From the IMG/VR virus record IMGVR_UViG_3300031825_000025, positions 1-42,775 of that record: DNA of 42,775 nucleotides; one strand, given 5' to 3'. Below, piece by piece: positions 35,670 to 42,775 of this stretch (the first letter of the stretch is position 1; each line of letters begins with the position of its first letter). Made by a program: the position numbers and the translations under genes. The notes under the pieces are model-generated. The model was not told where the DNA came from. It saw nothing but the letters and a program-made list of their open reading frames with translations, and did no database searches. This DNA is from a virus. Lineage: Duplodnaviria > Caudoviricetes.

Positions 35670-36127
35670 TAGACCGCGTCACCCACAGGAGCCAGGCGGC
35701 CCAGTTCCGCGAATGCCTCAATGAAGCGCTGCTCGGACTCTTCGCGCGCCTTTCGGGCCGCGCTCTCGCCGGCCGTGCCCCGGGCCGCTTCCAGGTCTCC
35801 CTGAGCGGCATAGAGCCGGGCATGGGCGTCCGCGGCGGAGGCGGCGACCAGGGAGAAGTTCGCGGCGAGCGCGCCCGCCAGGCGCTGCCGCTGCTCGACG
35901 GTGGGCGCGCCTTCCGTGATCACCGTCTCGCTGTGCTTCGCGATCTCGCGACCGCACTTCCGGAGGCCGGCGGCGGAGAGGATGTCGATCACGCCCGTCT
36001 GGAGCAGGCGCTGCGCGATGGCCTTCGCCTGGTCGGCCAGGCCGCCCGCCACGTCCTTCGCGATGTCCCCTACTGACCACCGGGCCATGCCCGCGTGCAC
36101 CACTTCGATCACAGTCTTCGCAATCAT
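35669..36127 (-). CDS. Hypothetical helical protein in the lysis module
   Basis: AGGAG RBS; TAATG coupling with the lysin. Confidence 0.65.
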   Translation of the reverse strand: MIAKTVIEVVHAGMARWSVGDIAKDVAGGLADQAKAIAQRLLQTGVIDILSAAGLRKCGREIAKHSETVITEGAPTVEQRQRLAGALAANFSLVAASAADAHARLYAAQGDLEAARGTAGESAARKAREESEQRFIEAFAELGRLAPVGDAV

Positions 36128-36138
36128 CAGGCGTCTCC

Positions 36139-36420
36139 TCAGCGCGCCAGCCAGTGCTGGACGGTCCGCAGCAACTCGTGAACCCAGGGCTTATCTCCGA
36201 ATAGCGCCAGCGCGAGGGCCGCGGCGATGGGCACCGGAGCGAACACGATCACCCGGAGCTTCCGCCCCGTGGTGTCGATCGAGAACATCTTGCCGTTGGC
36301 CGGCGGGACCAACGAGAGGTCCAGGCACATCCGGAGCCAGCGCGGCGACTTCGCACCCGCCGCCGCGGCGCGCCGGCGAGACCGGACGCGGGGAGTAGTC
36401 TGAGCGGGTGCCTGTTCCAT
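36139..36420 (-). CDS. Single-TM protein, possible holin
   Basis: VIVFAPVPIAAALALALFG TM; first late gene; GGAG RBS. Confidence 0.5.
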   Translation of the reverse strand: MEQAPAQTTPRVRSRRRAAAAGAKSPRWLRMCLDLSLVPPANGKMFSIDTTGRKLRVIVFAPVPIAAALALALFGDKPWVHELLRTVQHWLAR

Positions 36421-36440
36421 CGCGCGGATCTCCGGCCATC

Positions 36441-36594
36441 AAAAAGCCCCGCCGGCATCTCGCCTGCGGGGTCCGGGTGTTGCACTGAAGCCCTACGGTC
36501 GCCACTGAGGCTCGGCATCTAACCGTAGGCAGCGGAGGCCACTACCGCCACCCGGTGCTGCTTGGGTGGGCCGCTTCCGGAGAAGTGGCCCACC
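36441..36594 (-). ncRNA. Structured late-operon leader ending in an intrinsic terminator
   Basis: 13-bp hairpin (36565-36594), multibranch domain closed by CCGGGTG/CACCCGG (36473-36555), terminator stem plus T5 (36441-36471). Confidence 0.5.
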
Positions 36595-36624
36595 TATCGC
36601 ATAGATAGAGTTGCAAGTCGGACT

Positions 36625-37260
36625 TCAGGCGGGTGACTGCGACCGCCGGCTCTTGCCCTTCCGCTTGCTGCGTCCAGGCTGGCCTACTTGCTCGCGCTGC
36701 CGGCGCCACTCTGCGGCCATCGCGGCACCGCACTCCGAACGCTGCGGAAGGGTCCGCAGCCGCTGGAACGGTACCGGCTGGCCTGTGATCCGACAGGCGA
36801 GCTCCAAAATGGTACGCGTCGTGTCCCACCGGTGGCCGGCGATGTCTTCCGCGCACATCCCGAAGGCTCGGGCCTTCGCTCCGACCTGCCGGCCGCGCTC
36901 ATCGAACACGGGGGTAGGCGGGGCGCCACCCCGGCGCCGGGACATTAAACGGAGGATCAAGCCGGCCTCGTCTTCCGAGAGGCCCGTACGCGGTTGGAAT
37001 GTATCTTCGAGCTTGGCCAGCGCCGCCTGGAGTGTCTGGCCGGCGCGCGTCGGTGAGATCCGGAGGTTGGAGGCAATCTCCACATTGGAGCGGCCGTGCG
37101 CCACGTCCAATACCACCCGGGTCTGCCGTTCCGAGCAGCCGGCCTCTCGGCACATCCTGGCTAACGTCGCATACCGATGCTCCTCGATCAGCTCAGCGTC
37201 TACGATTAGGGAGCGCGTTGCCGGAACCCGGCGGCGCCATTCATCAAGTGAGAACTGCAT
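36625..37260 (-). CDS. LuxR/sigma4-type HTH regulator, possible late activator
   Basis: CSERQTRVVLDVAHGRSNVEIASNLRISPTRAGQTLQAALAKL. Confidence 0.7.
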   Translation of the reverse strand: MQFSLDEWRRRVPATRSLIVDAELIEEHRYATLARMCREAGCSERQTRVVLDVAHGRSNVEIASNLRISPTRAGQTLQAALAKLEDTFQPRTGLSEDEAGLILRLMSRRRGGAPPTPVFDERGRQVGAKARAFGMCAEDIAGHRWDTTRTILELACRITGQPVPFQRLRTLPQRSECGAAMAAEWRRQREQVGQPGRSKRKGKSRRSQSPA

Positions 37261-37305
37261 TCCAACTATAAAGGCACCGAGCAGGCGCCTTCTGTCGGAC
37301 GATTT

Positions 37306-38259
37306 TCAGGAGCCCAGCAGCGCCGCCAGGCTCTCACTCACGTCTCCCTGGTGATCGTGGCGGTTGTCATCGTAAATGGTCAGGGTGCGGATGTCGCGGT
37401 GCCGGGAGAGCTTCTGGACCCGCCGCACGTCGCCGTTGGTGGCATCCAGCGCCGCGGTGATCGCGGAGTGGCGCAGGCGGTGGGGAGAGAGCTGCGGCAC
37501 GCCGAGCCGCTTCCCGTACCCCTGGACCAGCTCATACAGGCCGTTGGGGGTTAAGCGTTCACCGGCGTGCTCCGGCCGGTGGTCCAGGTTCCGGAACAGA
37601 GCGCCATCGCGGTGGCCAGCTGCGGCGAGGTACGCTGAGAGGGCGTTCGCCAGCGGCCGGCTCGCGGTGATGGGAGCCTTCTGGGTGCCCTGCCCCTTAC
37701 CCAGCACCATCAACCTACGTTCACTTTCGCGCCAGTCCGCCACGTCCAGCGCGCACACCTCGGCGCGGCGCAACGCGTTCTCGCAGAGGAGGCGAAGGAG
37801 AGCGGTGTCGCGCAAGCCGGCCACGCCCTTCTTTCCAGGCAGCCGGATCAATTTGCGCATCGTGGCCAGGTCGACTCCGCGGGTATCCCGGTAGGTCTGG
37901 GCCTTCTCACTCTCCACCAGGTTGCGGCCGTCGCTCTGAGCGTAGCCCAGACGGTGGCAGTACTTGAGCAGGGAACGCACCGCACTGAGCCGGCGGTTGA
38001 CGGTCGCCTCCGCGGCGCCGCGCTGGATCAGCGTGGCCTTATAGGTGGCGAGGCGCAGCGCGAGCTCCGGGGCCGGCAGCGACACGAAGGCCCGCACCAC
38101 GCCCGGGCCGGGCTCCTCGCCGAAGAAGTCGCGGAGATCTCCGGCGTAGGCTCGCTTCGTGGCGGGGCTCCGCTTGTCGGCCAGGAGCAGCGCCACCGGA
38201 TCGAGGGCGGGAGAAGGGGCGGCCGCGGCCGCCGCTGGGAGCAGGTCGGCACGGCTCAT
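37306..38259 (-). CDS. Second tyrosine recombinase (XerC/D-like)
   Basis: SPATKRAY, TVNRRLSAVRSL, ALRRAEV (R), GKG (K), HRLRHS (HxxR), LSRHRDIRTLTIY (H, Y). Confidence 0.93.
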   Translation of the reverse strand: MSRADLLPAAAAAAPSPALDPVALLLADKRSPATKRAYAGDLRDFFGEEPGPGVVRAFVSLPAPELALRLATYKATLIQRGAAEATVNRRLSAVRSLLKYCHRLGYAQSDGRNLVESEKAQTYRDTRGVDLATMRKLIRLPGKKGVAGLRDTALLRLLCENALRRAEVCALDVADWRESERRLMVLGKGQGTQKAPITASRPLANALSAYLAAAGHRDGALFRNLDHRPEHAGERLTPNGLYELVQGYGKRLGVPQLSPHRLRHSAITAALDATNGDVRRVQKLSRHRDIRTLTIYDDNRHDHQGDVSESLAALLGS

Positions 38260-38283
38260 GGGGTGATAATTATCGGCCCCGGC

Positions 38284-38315
38284 TTGGTGGTGATAATGCG
38301 CCTTTACACCACCAA
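38284..38315. promoter_or_regulatory. dif/loxP-like recombination site
   Basis: TTGGTGGTGATAA-TGCGCC-TTTACACCACCAA: 13-bp inverted arms (11/13 match) with a 6-bp spacer, 24 bp upstream of the recombinase ATG. Confidence 0.65.
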
Positions 38316-38339
38316 ACCACGGCTGGAACTAGCGGGTTT

Positions 38340-38738
38340 TCAGGCGGCGAGACCGGCCAGATCGGCGGCCTGCCGGAGCTTTCGCCGGGCGGATTGGCGG
38401 GCGATCAGGACGGTTTCCCGATGCCGGCCGAGGAATTCGCCGATCTCCTGATCGGTCATCCCGAACTGCACGGAGAGCAGGAAGGAGGCGCGCTCTTCCA
38501 TCGTCAGGCGGGCGGCGCGCAGGAGGCGCTGGGCGGTGTCCACCCGCTCCACCTGCTCGTCGGGCGTGGCGTGGATCGCGCGGAGCATCTCCGTGAGCGC
38601 GGTCTCACGGAAACGGGTCCCTTCCCGGCCGCGGCCCTGGGACCGACGGCGCTCCGCGTCCTCGGTGTAGAAAGGGAATTCCTCGTCTTGCGGCTGCTGT
38701 TCAAGCAGCGCGTCCGCCTGCCGGCTCAGATCGTTCAC
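38340..38738 (-). CDS. Sigma-70 region 4-like HTH protein, putative late regulator
   Basis: LTMEERASFLLSVQFGMTDQEIGEFLGRHRETVLIARQSARRKLR. Confidence 0.75.
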   Translation of the reverse strand: MNDLSRQADALLEQQPQDEEFPFYTEDAERRRSQGRGREGTRFRETALTEMLRAIHATPDEQVERVDTAQRLLRAARLTMEERASFLLSVQFGMTDQEIGEFLGRHRETVLIARQSARRKLRQAADLAGLAA

Positions 38739-38779
38739 GGTAGCTCCAGGAGCCCAAACGACTGTTCTCTCCCCTACTC

Positions 38780-38809
38780 ACCATAGCGACGGAAGCGACA
38801 GTTGGTCAA
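38780..38809 (-). promoter_or_regulatory. Candidate sigma70 promoter for the regulator/recombinase genes
   Basis: TTGACC-N18-TATGGT on the minus strand. Confidence 0.4.
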
Positions 38810-38869
38810 ATGGGTTGCTCTCAACTACTTAGGCACCGAGAGGGCGATTCCAGTCGGATGATTTTACCG

Positions 38870-39061
38870 TCAGGCCTCCCCTACCTCATCGACGATCAAG
38901 CGCCACGCTTTATGGACGTTCGCCGGGCTGTAGACGCCGAGGAGCCCGCGGATTCGGGAAAGGGTCTGGCGGTAGCGGAGGAGCTCGCCGGCCAGCTGGC
39001 GCGTGGTCGCGTCGGGGGACGCGGCCAGGTCCTCCAACTCGGGTTCTGAGAGTGTAGGCAT
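38870..39061 (-). CDS. Small hypothetical protein, possibly leaderless
   Basis: CATAAT lies 7 nt before ATG 39061; MPTLSEPELEDLAASPD.... Confidence 0.5.
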   Translation of the reverse strand: MPTLSEPELEDLAASPDATTRQLAGELLRYRQTLSRIRGLLGVYSPANVHKAWRLIVDEVGEA

Positions 39062-39113
39062 AGCATCCATTATGGAAGGGGCAGCCGCCGACTGAAGTGC
39101 CGGCGGCTGCGGA

Positions 39114-39434
39114 TTACAACGCGCCGGCCAGGGTAGCCGCCGCACGAGCGCGGGAGAGGGCCAATTCATCGGTCCAGCCGCCACCCTGGAACGTGCCGGC
39201 CGGCGTGGCCAGGTCGCACACATACTGCCCGTAACCGGTCGGGCGGACCAGGGCGGCACACCCGGCCGGGAGTTGGTGCACGGGGGTGAAGGCGGGATAC
39301 TGGCGCCGCCGGCAGCGCCAGCACAGCACGGCGCCGGAGAGTGCGCGGCGGGACCCGGCCGCCTCGCTCTCCATGAGGCGGTTCGGGCAGCAGTCGCACG
39401 GGACAACGGCGGGGGGAACGGCGGTACGTCGCAT
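39114..39434 (-). CDS. Small Zn-binding hypothetical protein
   Basis: GGAGGT RBS; CDCC...CWRC. Confidence 0.55.
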   Translation of the reverse strand: MRRTAVPPAVVPCDCCPNRLMESEAAGSRRALSGAVLCWRCRRRQYPAFTPVHQLPAGCAALVRPTGYGQYVCDLATPAGTFQGGGWTDELALSRARAAATLAGAL

Positions 39435-39482
39435 GGGCCTGACCTCCGAAGGGCGGGAGGTGCACCTCCCGCCCGGTTAAGA

Positions 39483-39920
39483 TCAGGCGGCCCAGCTGCG
39501 GACCGGGGCGGCGCCGTGGATCAGCGCGAGCTGGTGCTTGCACTGGAGGCCGTTCGGCCGGCAGCGGTACTGATGATCCGGGCACGTGCAGCTCGCGGAA
39601 GTCACTTCGTACGTCTCGCCGGAAGTGGACATGCACCAGATGAACTCGCCGCCGTCGTCCGCGACGAAGATGAAGTCCTTACCGTCCACGAGGGCGCGCT
39701 CCAGCCGGGCAGTGTGTGCATCCTGCCGGATCTTCTCGCCGGTCTCGTCGGAGCTGGTATTGAACGTCACCAGGAACTTACCGGCGGAGCGGGGCGACTC
39801 CGAGACAACTACGTTCACGAAGCGGGGGTTCGCCTGGATGCAGCGGGCGAAACGCTCGGCGCGGTCCTGCGTCATCAACTTGGTGCGGTGGGCGGCGCCG
39901 GTTCGGGATAAAACTGTCAT
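39483..39920 (-). CDS. SWIM zinc-finger protein
   Basis: YEVTSASCTCPDHQYRC...CKHQLAL (CxC...CxH); GAGGAG RBS. Confidence 0.85.
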   Translation of the reverse strand: MTVLSRTGAAHRTKLMTQDRAERFARCIQANPRFVNVVVSESPRSAGKFLVTFNTSSDETGEKIRQDAHTARLERALVDGKDFIFVADDGGEFIWCMSTSGETYEVTSASCTCPDHQYRCRPNGLQCKHQLALIHGAAPVRSWAA

Positions 39921-40000
39921 CGTGATCTCCTCGGAGTGATCGGGTGAAGGGGTGCTCCTCGTTTTCCAGGCTAGGGCACCCCTTCTCTGTTGCTATATTC

Positions 40001-40071
40001 AATATATATACTTAATGGGCGAAAGTCAACCCTATTTTGATATTGCGATTAAATGGGGAGGCCGCTATACT
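40001..40071. promoter_or_regulatory. Back-to-back divergent sigma70 promoters in an AT-rich island
   Basis: Leftward TTGACT-N17-TATATT (40029-40001); rightward TTGCGA-N17-TATACT (40043-40071), 7 nt before ATG 40079. Confidence 0.75.
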
Positions 40072-40078
40072 GCCCACT

Positions 40079-40279
40079 ATGGGAAAACGCACAGGGAACC
40101 CGCGAGGCCGGCCGCCATTGCCTCCCGGTAAGAAGTCCATCGTCCGAACCTACACGCTCCCGGCGGATCTGGCGGCGGATGCGGATGAATACATACCGGA
40201 TGGGACTAGATCAGCGCTGATCCAGCAATGCCTTCGGGATGAGGTAGAGCGACAGAAGGCAGCCCGCTCCGCCGAGTAG
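40079..40279 (+). CDS. Ribbon-helix-helix (CopG/Arc-like) regulator with an AT-hook-like GRPP N-terminus, leaderless
   Basis: PRGRPP...IVRTYTLPADLAADADEY...RSALIQQCLRDEV. Confidence 0.75.
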   Translation: MGKRTGNPRGRPPLPPGKKSIVRTYTLPADLAADADEYIPDGTRSALIQQCLRDEVERQKAARSAE

Positions 40280-40306
40280 CCCTGAAGCGACAGAAAGAGG
40301 CAAGAG

Positions 40307-40549
40307 ATGCTACCGACTTCCGAGGTGGTGCGATTGCTCGATGCGATCCGAACGGCGGACGATTACGCCCGCAGCGGCCGACTAGACACCGGGTATGTAG
40401 TCCTACGCAGCGGAATTGCCTTGCTGCAGGGCTCCGCAGATCCGTGGGCGGAGGAGCTGCTTCAGCTCTGGCAAAGGTCCTTGGCGGAGTTCCGGGAGCG
40501 GTATCCCAACACCCCCGAGCATCCGGCCTTACAGGCTGAGGTGCGCTAG
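40307..40549 (+). CDS. Small helical hypothetical protein
   Basis: GAGG RBS; 80-aa ORF ending just before a hairpin. Confidence 0.6.
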   Translation: MLPTSEVVRLLDAIRTADDYARSGRLDTGYVVLRSGIALLQGSADPWAEELLQLWQRSLAEFRERYPNTPEHPALQAEVR

Positions 40550-40560
40550 CCCAGAAACGA

Positions 40561-40594
40561 CAGAAGGGGCGGGCCACGTGGCCCGCCCCTTCTG
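40561..40594. terminator. 34-bp perfect palindrome, probable terminator
   Basis: CAGAAGGGGCGGGCCAC|GTGGCCCGCCCCTTCTG. Confidence 0.6.
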
Positions 40595-40709
40595 CTTGGG
40601 AATAATCCGTCCCAGTGCACAGCGATTCTAGCATTGGGCGTTACGAGTGAACTACTCGTATGGCGGGTTTCTAACCCGCCTGCATGGGCACTTAAAACTG
40701 GAGTACCCA

Positions 40710-40895
40710 ATGAGTGAACTACTGCAACGCATCATCCAGAAAGCCCGGCGCCAACGCGCCGTGGCCGCGCAACAGCGTGCCGTCGCCGCACACCAAGCGG
40801 CCTGCGCGGCAGTGCTCGCCGCACAGGCCAGGGAGACCCGCGAGAAGGCCGCAGCAGTGCGAGCACAGCTCCGGCGGGCTCAGCGGGACGAGTAA
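40710..40895 (+). CDS. Small Ala/Arg/Gln-rich helical protein
   Basis: GGAG RBS before ATG 40710; convergent with the integrase. Confidence 0.5.
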   Translation: MSELLQRIIQKARRQRAVAAQQRAVAAHQAACAAVLAAQARETREKAAAVRAQLRRAQRDE

Positions 40896-40916
40896 TCCAC
40901 TCGTAGGGCCGACTGA

Positions 40917-41984
40917 CTACGCCGCCGCGGCCGGACGCCGCTGGAAACGTGCCCGGCCGCGCACCGGTCGCCCCTCGGCAGGCGTGGCCGGTTTCAAGCA
41001 CGAGTCCAAAACCGGCCCACGTTCGGCACTACGAGCACTCCGGGCCAGCTCGGAGACCGCGGAAACGGCCTTCCGGACCTTCGCGTCCGTGGTGTAGAGG
41101 TACTGCTCGGTGGTGCGGATTGATTTATGCCGGAGGAGTTCCTGCGCGGTGCGGAGGTCTTCCCGCGCGGCCACCGTGGTCCCGAACCAGTGGCGCATGC
41201 TGTGCCGCTTCAGCTCCGAGTCGCCCAGGCCGGCGAACTCCAGCAGCTCTTCCCACAGTACCTTCAGCGCCCGGTATCCCATCCGGCGGATCTTACTGAC
41301 GGGAAAGAGCGCATCCCGGGCCTCGCCCTGCATTCGGCGCTCCGCGGCCCACGTCGCCCGGTAGTCGAGCCACTCCTGCAGCCACACCTGCGCCTCCGCC
41401 GAGACGGGCAGCTCCGCCCACTCGGCGCCCTTCCCCTCCAGGACCCGCACCCGCCAGGGCAGCGGGTTGCCGTCCGCGTCCCGACCCTTCGGCTGCACCA
41501 GGTCCCCCACGTTGAGCGCCAGCAACTCCGACGTCCGAAGGCCGCACTCGCACAGCAGCGCGACGATGGCCCGGGAGAGGTAGCGGCGCCGCTCCAGTGC
41601 CGCGTTGAACTGCGGCAGGGTATCGGCGCTCTGATAGAGCTTTTGCACTTCCTCGTCGGAAGGCTTCCGGCGCCGCGGCTTCCCACCCTTCGGCAGTGAG
41701 ATCCGCTCCAGGTCCGGCATCTCGCCGAGGTCCCGCTCTTTCATCCACGTGCCAAAGGACCGCAGCGCGGTCAGGATGATCCGCAGGCTCTTCGGTTCGA
41801 TCTCCCGCTGGCGCTCGCGCAAGTAAGTGACGATCGAACTCCGCTCGAAACTGCGGCCACCGGGATCTGCCTCCACCCAACGTTTGAATTGGCGCAGCTT
41901 GGAACGGTACTGCTCGTGGGTGCGCGGGGAGTATTCCGGGTTGGCTTTCAGCTCACTCAGGTACGTTTCGATCAAGTCAAGCAC
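40917..41984 (-). CDS. int: Phage integrase (tyrosine recombinase)
   Basis: YSPRTHEQY, CGLRTSEL (R), GKG, HSMRH, LLRHKSIRTTEQY; adjacent to attR; GGAG RBS before GTG 41984. Confidence 0.94.
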   Translation of the reverse strand: MLDLIETYLSELKANPEYSPRTHEQYRSKLRQFKRWVEADPGGRSFERSSIVTYLRERQREIEPKSLRIILTALRSFGTWMKERDLGEMPDLERISLPKGGKPRRRKPSDEEVQKLYQSADTLPQFNAALERRRYLSRAIVALLCECGLRTSELLALNVGDLVQPKGRDADGNPLPWRVRVLEGKGAEWAELPVSAEAQVWLQEWLDYRATWAAERRMQGEARDALFPVSKIRRMGYRALKVLWEELLEFAGLGDSELKRHSMRHWFGTTVAAREDLRTAQELLRHKSIRTTEQYLYTTDAKVRKAVSAVSELARSARSAERGPVLDSCLKPATPAEGRPVRGRARFQRRPAAAA

Positions 41985-42128
41985 CGCGTGTCTCCAGTTA
42001 AAAGCACTAAACGGCCTCATTGCCGATTGCAGGCATGATTGCCACCGCAAAGCCGAGTCCCAGGGGTTCAAACGTGGCAGAGTGTGACACGCAGAGTCAA
42101 GTGTGTGCAAGCCAAAACACCGAGCTTA

Positions 42129-42177
42129 CAACGGTTTCGTAAACCGTAGGTCAGGGGTTCGAGTCCCCTCGTCGGCT
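42129..42177 (+). repeat. attR core (displaced 3' part of tRNA-Thr)
   Basis: Identical to 79-127; lacks the 5' acceptor strand and D arm. Confidence 0.97.
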
Positions 42178-42503
42178 TTCACAATCCAAGCAAAGATTGT
42201 TGGCGACGCTTCCGCGTCTCTGGGCTCCCTTCGCAGGCCCCGCTAACGATTGATGAACGCTGGTCTCGGAACTTCGCTTCCGGGACTTTTTTCTTTGCTT
42301 CGGCGCCAGCCGAAGTTCCGGAAAGCACACACACCCCCGCACAGCCTTCACCGGCGGTCCTGACCGCTGCAGCCGTGTGGATGGCGGCTTCGGCCCCAGC
42401 CTGCCGAGCACTTGGCCGTAGGTGTCCCCTAACCAGAGCCATCCCTTTCTTGCCGGCGGTCCGGGAAGGTGGAGTGGTGGCCGGATCACAGCAGGCGCGG
42501 CCA

Positions 42504-42773
42504 TCAATTCTCCAGCAAGTAGTCGTTCAGGCACTCCCGGAGCCGGAGCCGGGCCCGGTGAAGTCGTGCCTTGACCGCCGGCACGGTAAGCCCAGTCCGT
42601 GCACTCACTTCCTGGGCGGTGAGCTGTTCGATGTCTCTTAACCGGAGAACCGTTTGATCCGGCTCTGGAAGTGCGGAGATGGCAGCCTGGATCTTCTGCT
42701 TCATCTCGAGGCGCAATGCGGCCTCCTCCGGGCTTGGTTCGTCCGCTTCCAGGCTTTGCTCCGCCTCTTGTTC
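42504..42773 (-). CDS. Host ECF sigma factor, C-terminal part (runs off the window)
   Basis: SPEEAALR...AISALPEPDQTVLRLRDIEQLTAQEVSARTGLTVPAVKARLHRARLRLR, region 4.2. Confidence 0.85.
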   Translation of the reverse strand, partial: EQEAEQSLEADEPSPEEAALRLEMKQKIQAAISALPEPDQTVLRLRDIEQLTAQEVSARTGLTVPAVKARLHRARLRLRECLNDYLLEN

Positions 42774-42775
42774 CC

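Noticed and set aside
36473-36558. Phage tRNA or self-cleaving ribozyme in the late leader
   Set aside because: A D-arm-like GCGG-TAGTGGCCT-CCGC is present, but there is no TTCRA T loop or proper anticodon arm, and no hammerhead core is recognisable.
10991-40594. Inverted repeats for active inversion of the late block
   Set aside because: The only similarity is GGGGCGGG(G)CC inside GC-rich terminator stems, which is too short and low in complexity.
41985-42110. N-terminal extension of the integrase in the ORF track
   Set aside because: A GGAG RBS precedes GTG 41984, and the upstream stretch is lower-GC att-arm or promoter sequence.
42129-42177. Second tRNA gene
   Set aside because: Only the 3' 49 nt are present; this is attR.

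Overview
The window is almost entirely one apparently intact, GC-rich temperate siphovirus-type prophage of about 42.05 kb. It is integrated in a tRNA-Thr(CGT) gene and bounded by a perfect 49-bp direct repeat (79-127 and 42129-42177). Left to right: restored tRNA and terminator; a cI/cro-like switch with three 17-bp operator-like repeats; a rightward early/replication operon (small Zn-finger proteins, a Zn-finger/TOPRIM/SF3 primase-helicase with an iteron-like cluster, a ParB-domain protein); two terminator hairpins at about 11 kb; then a long leftward block. In transcription order that block holds a SWIM protein, a sigma-region-4-like regulator, a second Xer-like tyrosine recombinase with a dif/lox-like site, a LuxR-like regulator, a structured leader, lysis genes with a YkuD-like Cys enzyme, terminase, a portal-MuF fusion, HK97 head genes, tail genes with a -1 frameshift chaperone, and a repeat-rich LamG fibre module. 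A second divergent promoter pair with an RHH gene, a few small ORFs, the integrase and attR follow, then a host ECF sigma factor fragment. The best novelty candidates are the second recombinase with its own site (alongside ParB and a candidate origin), the separately controlled and inverted late block, cassettes bounded by repeats anchored on stop codons, the late-leader RNA, and the YkuD-type lysin. All assignments come from reading motifs by eye; no database search was run.
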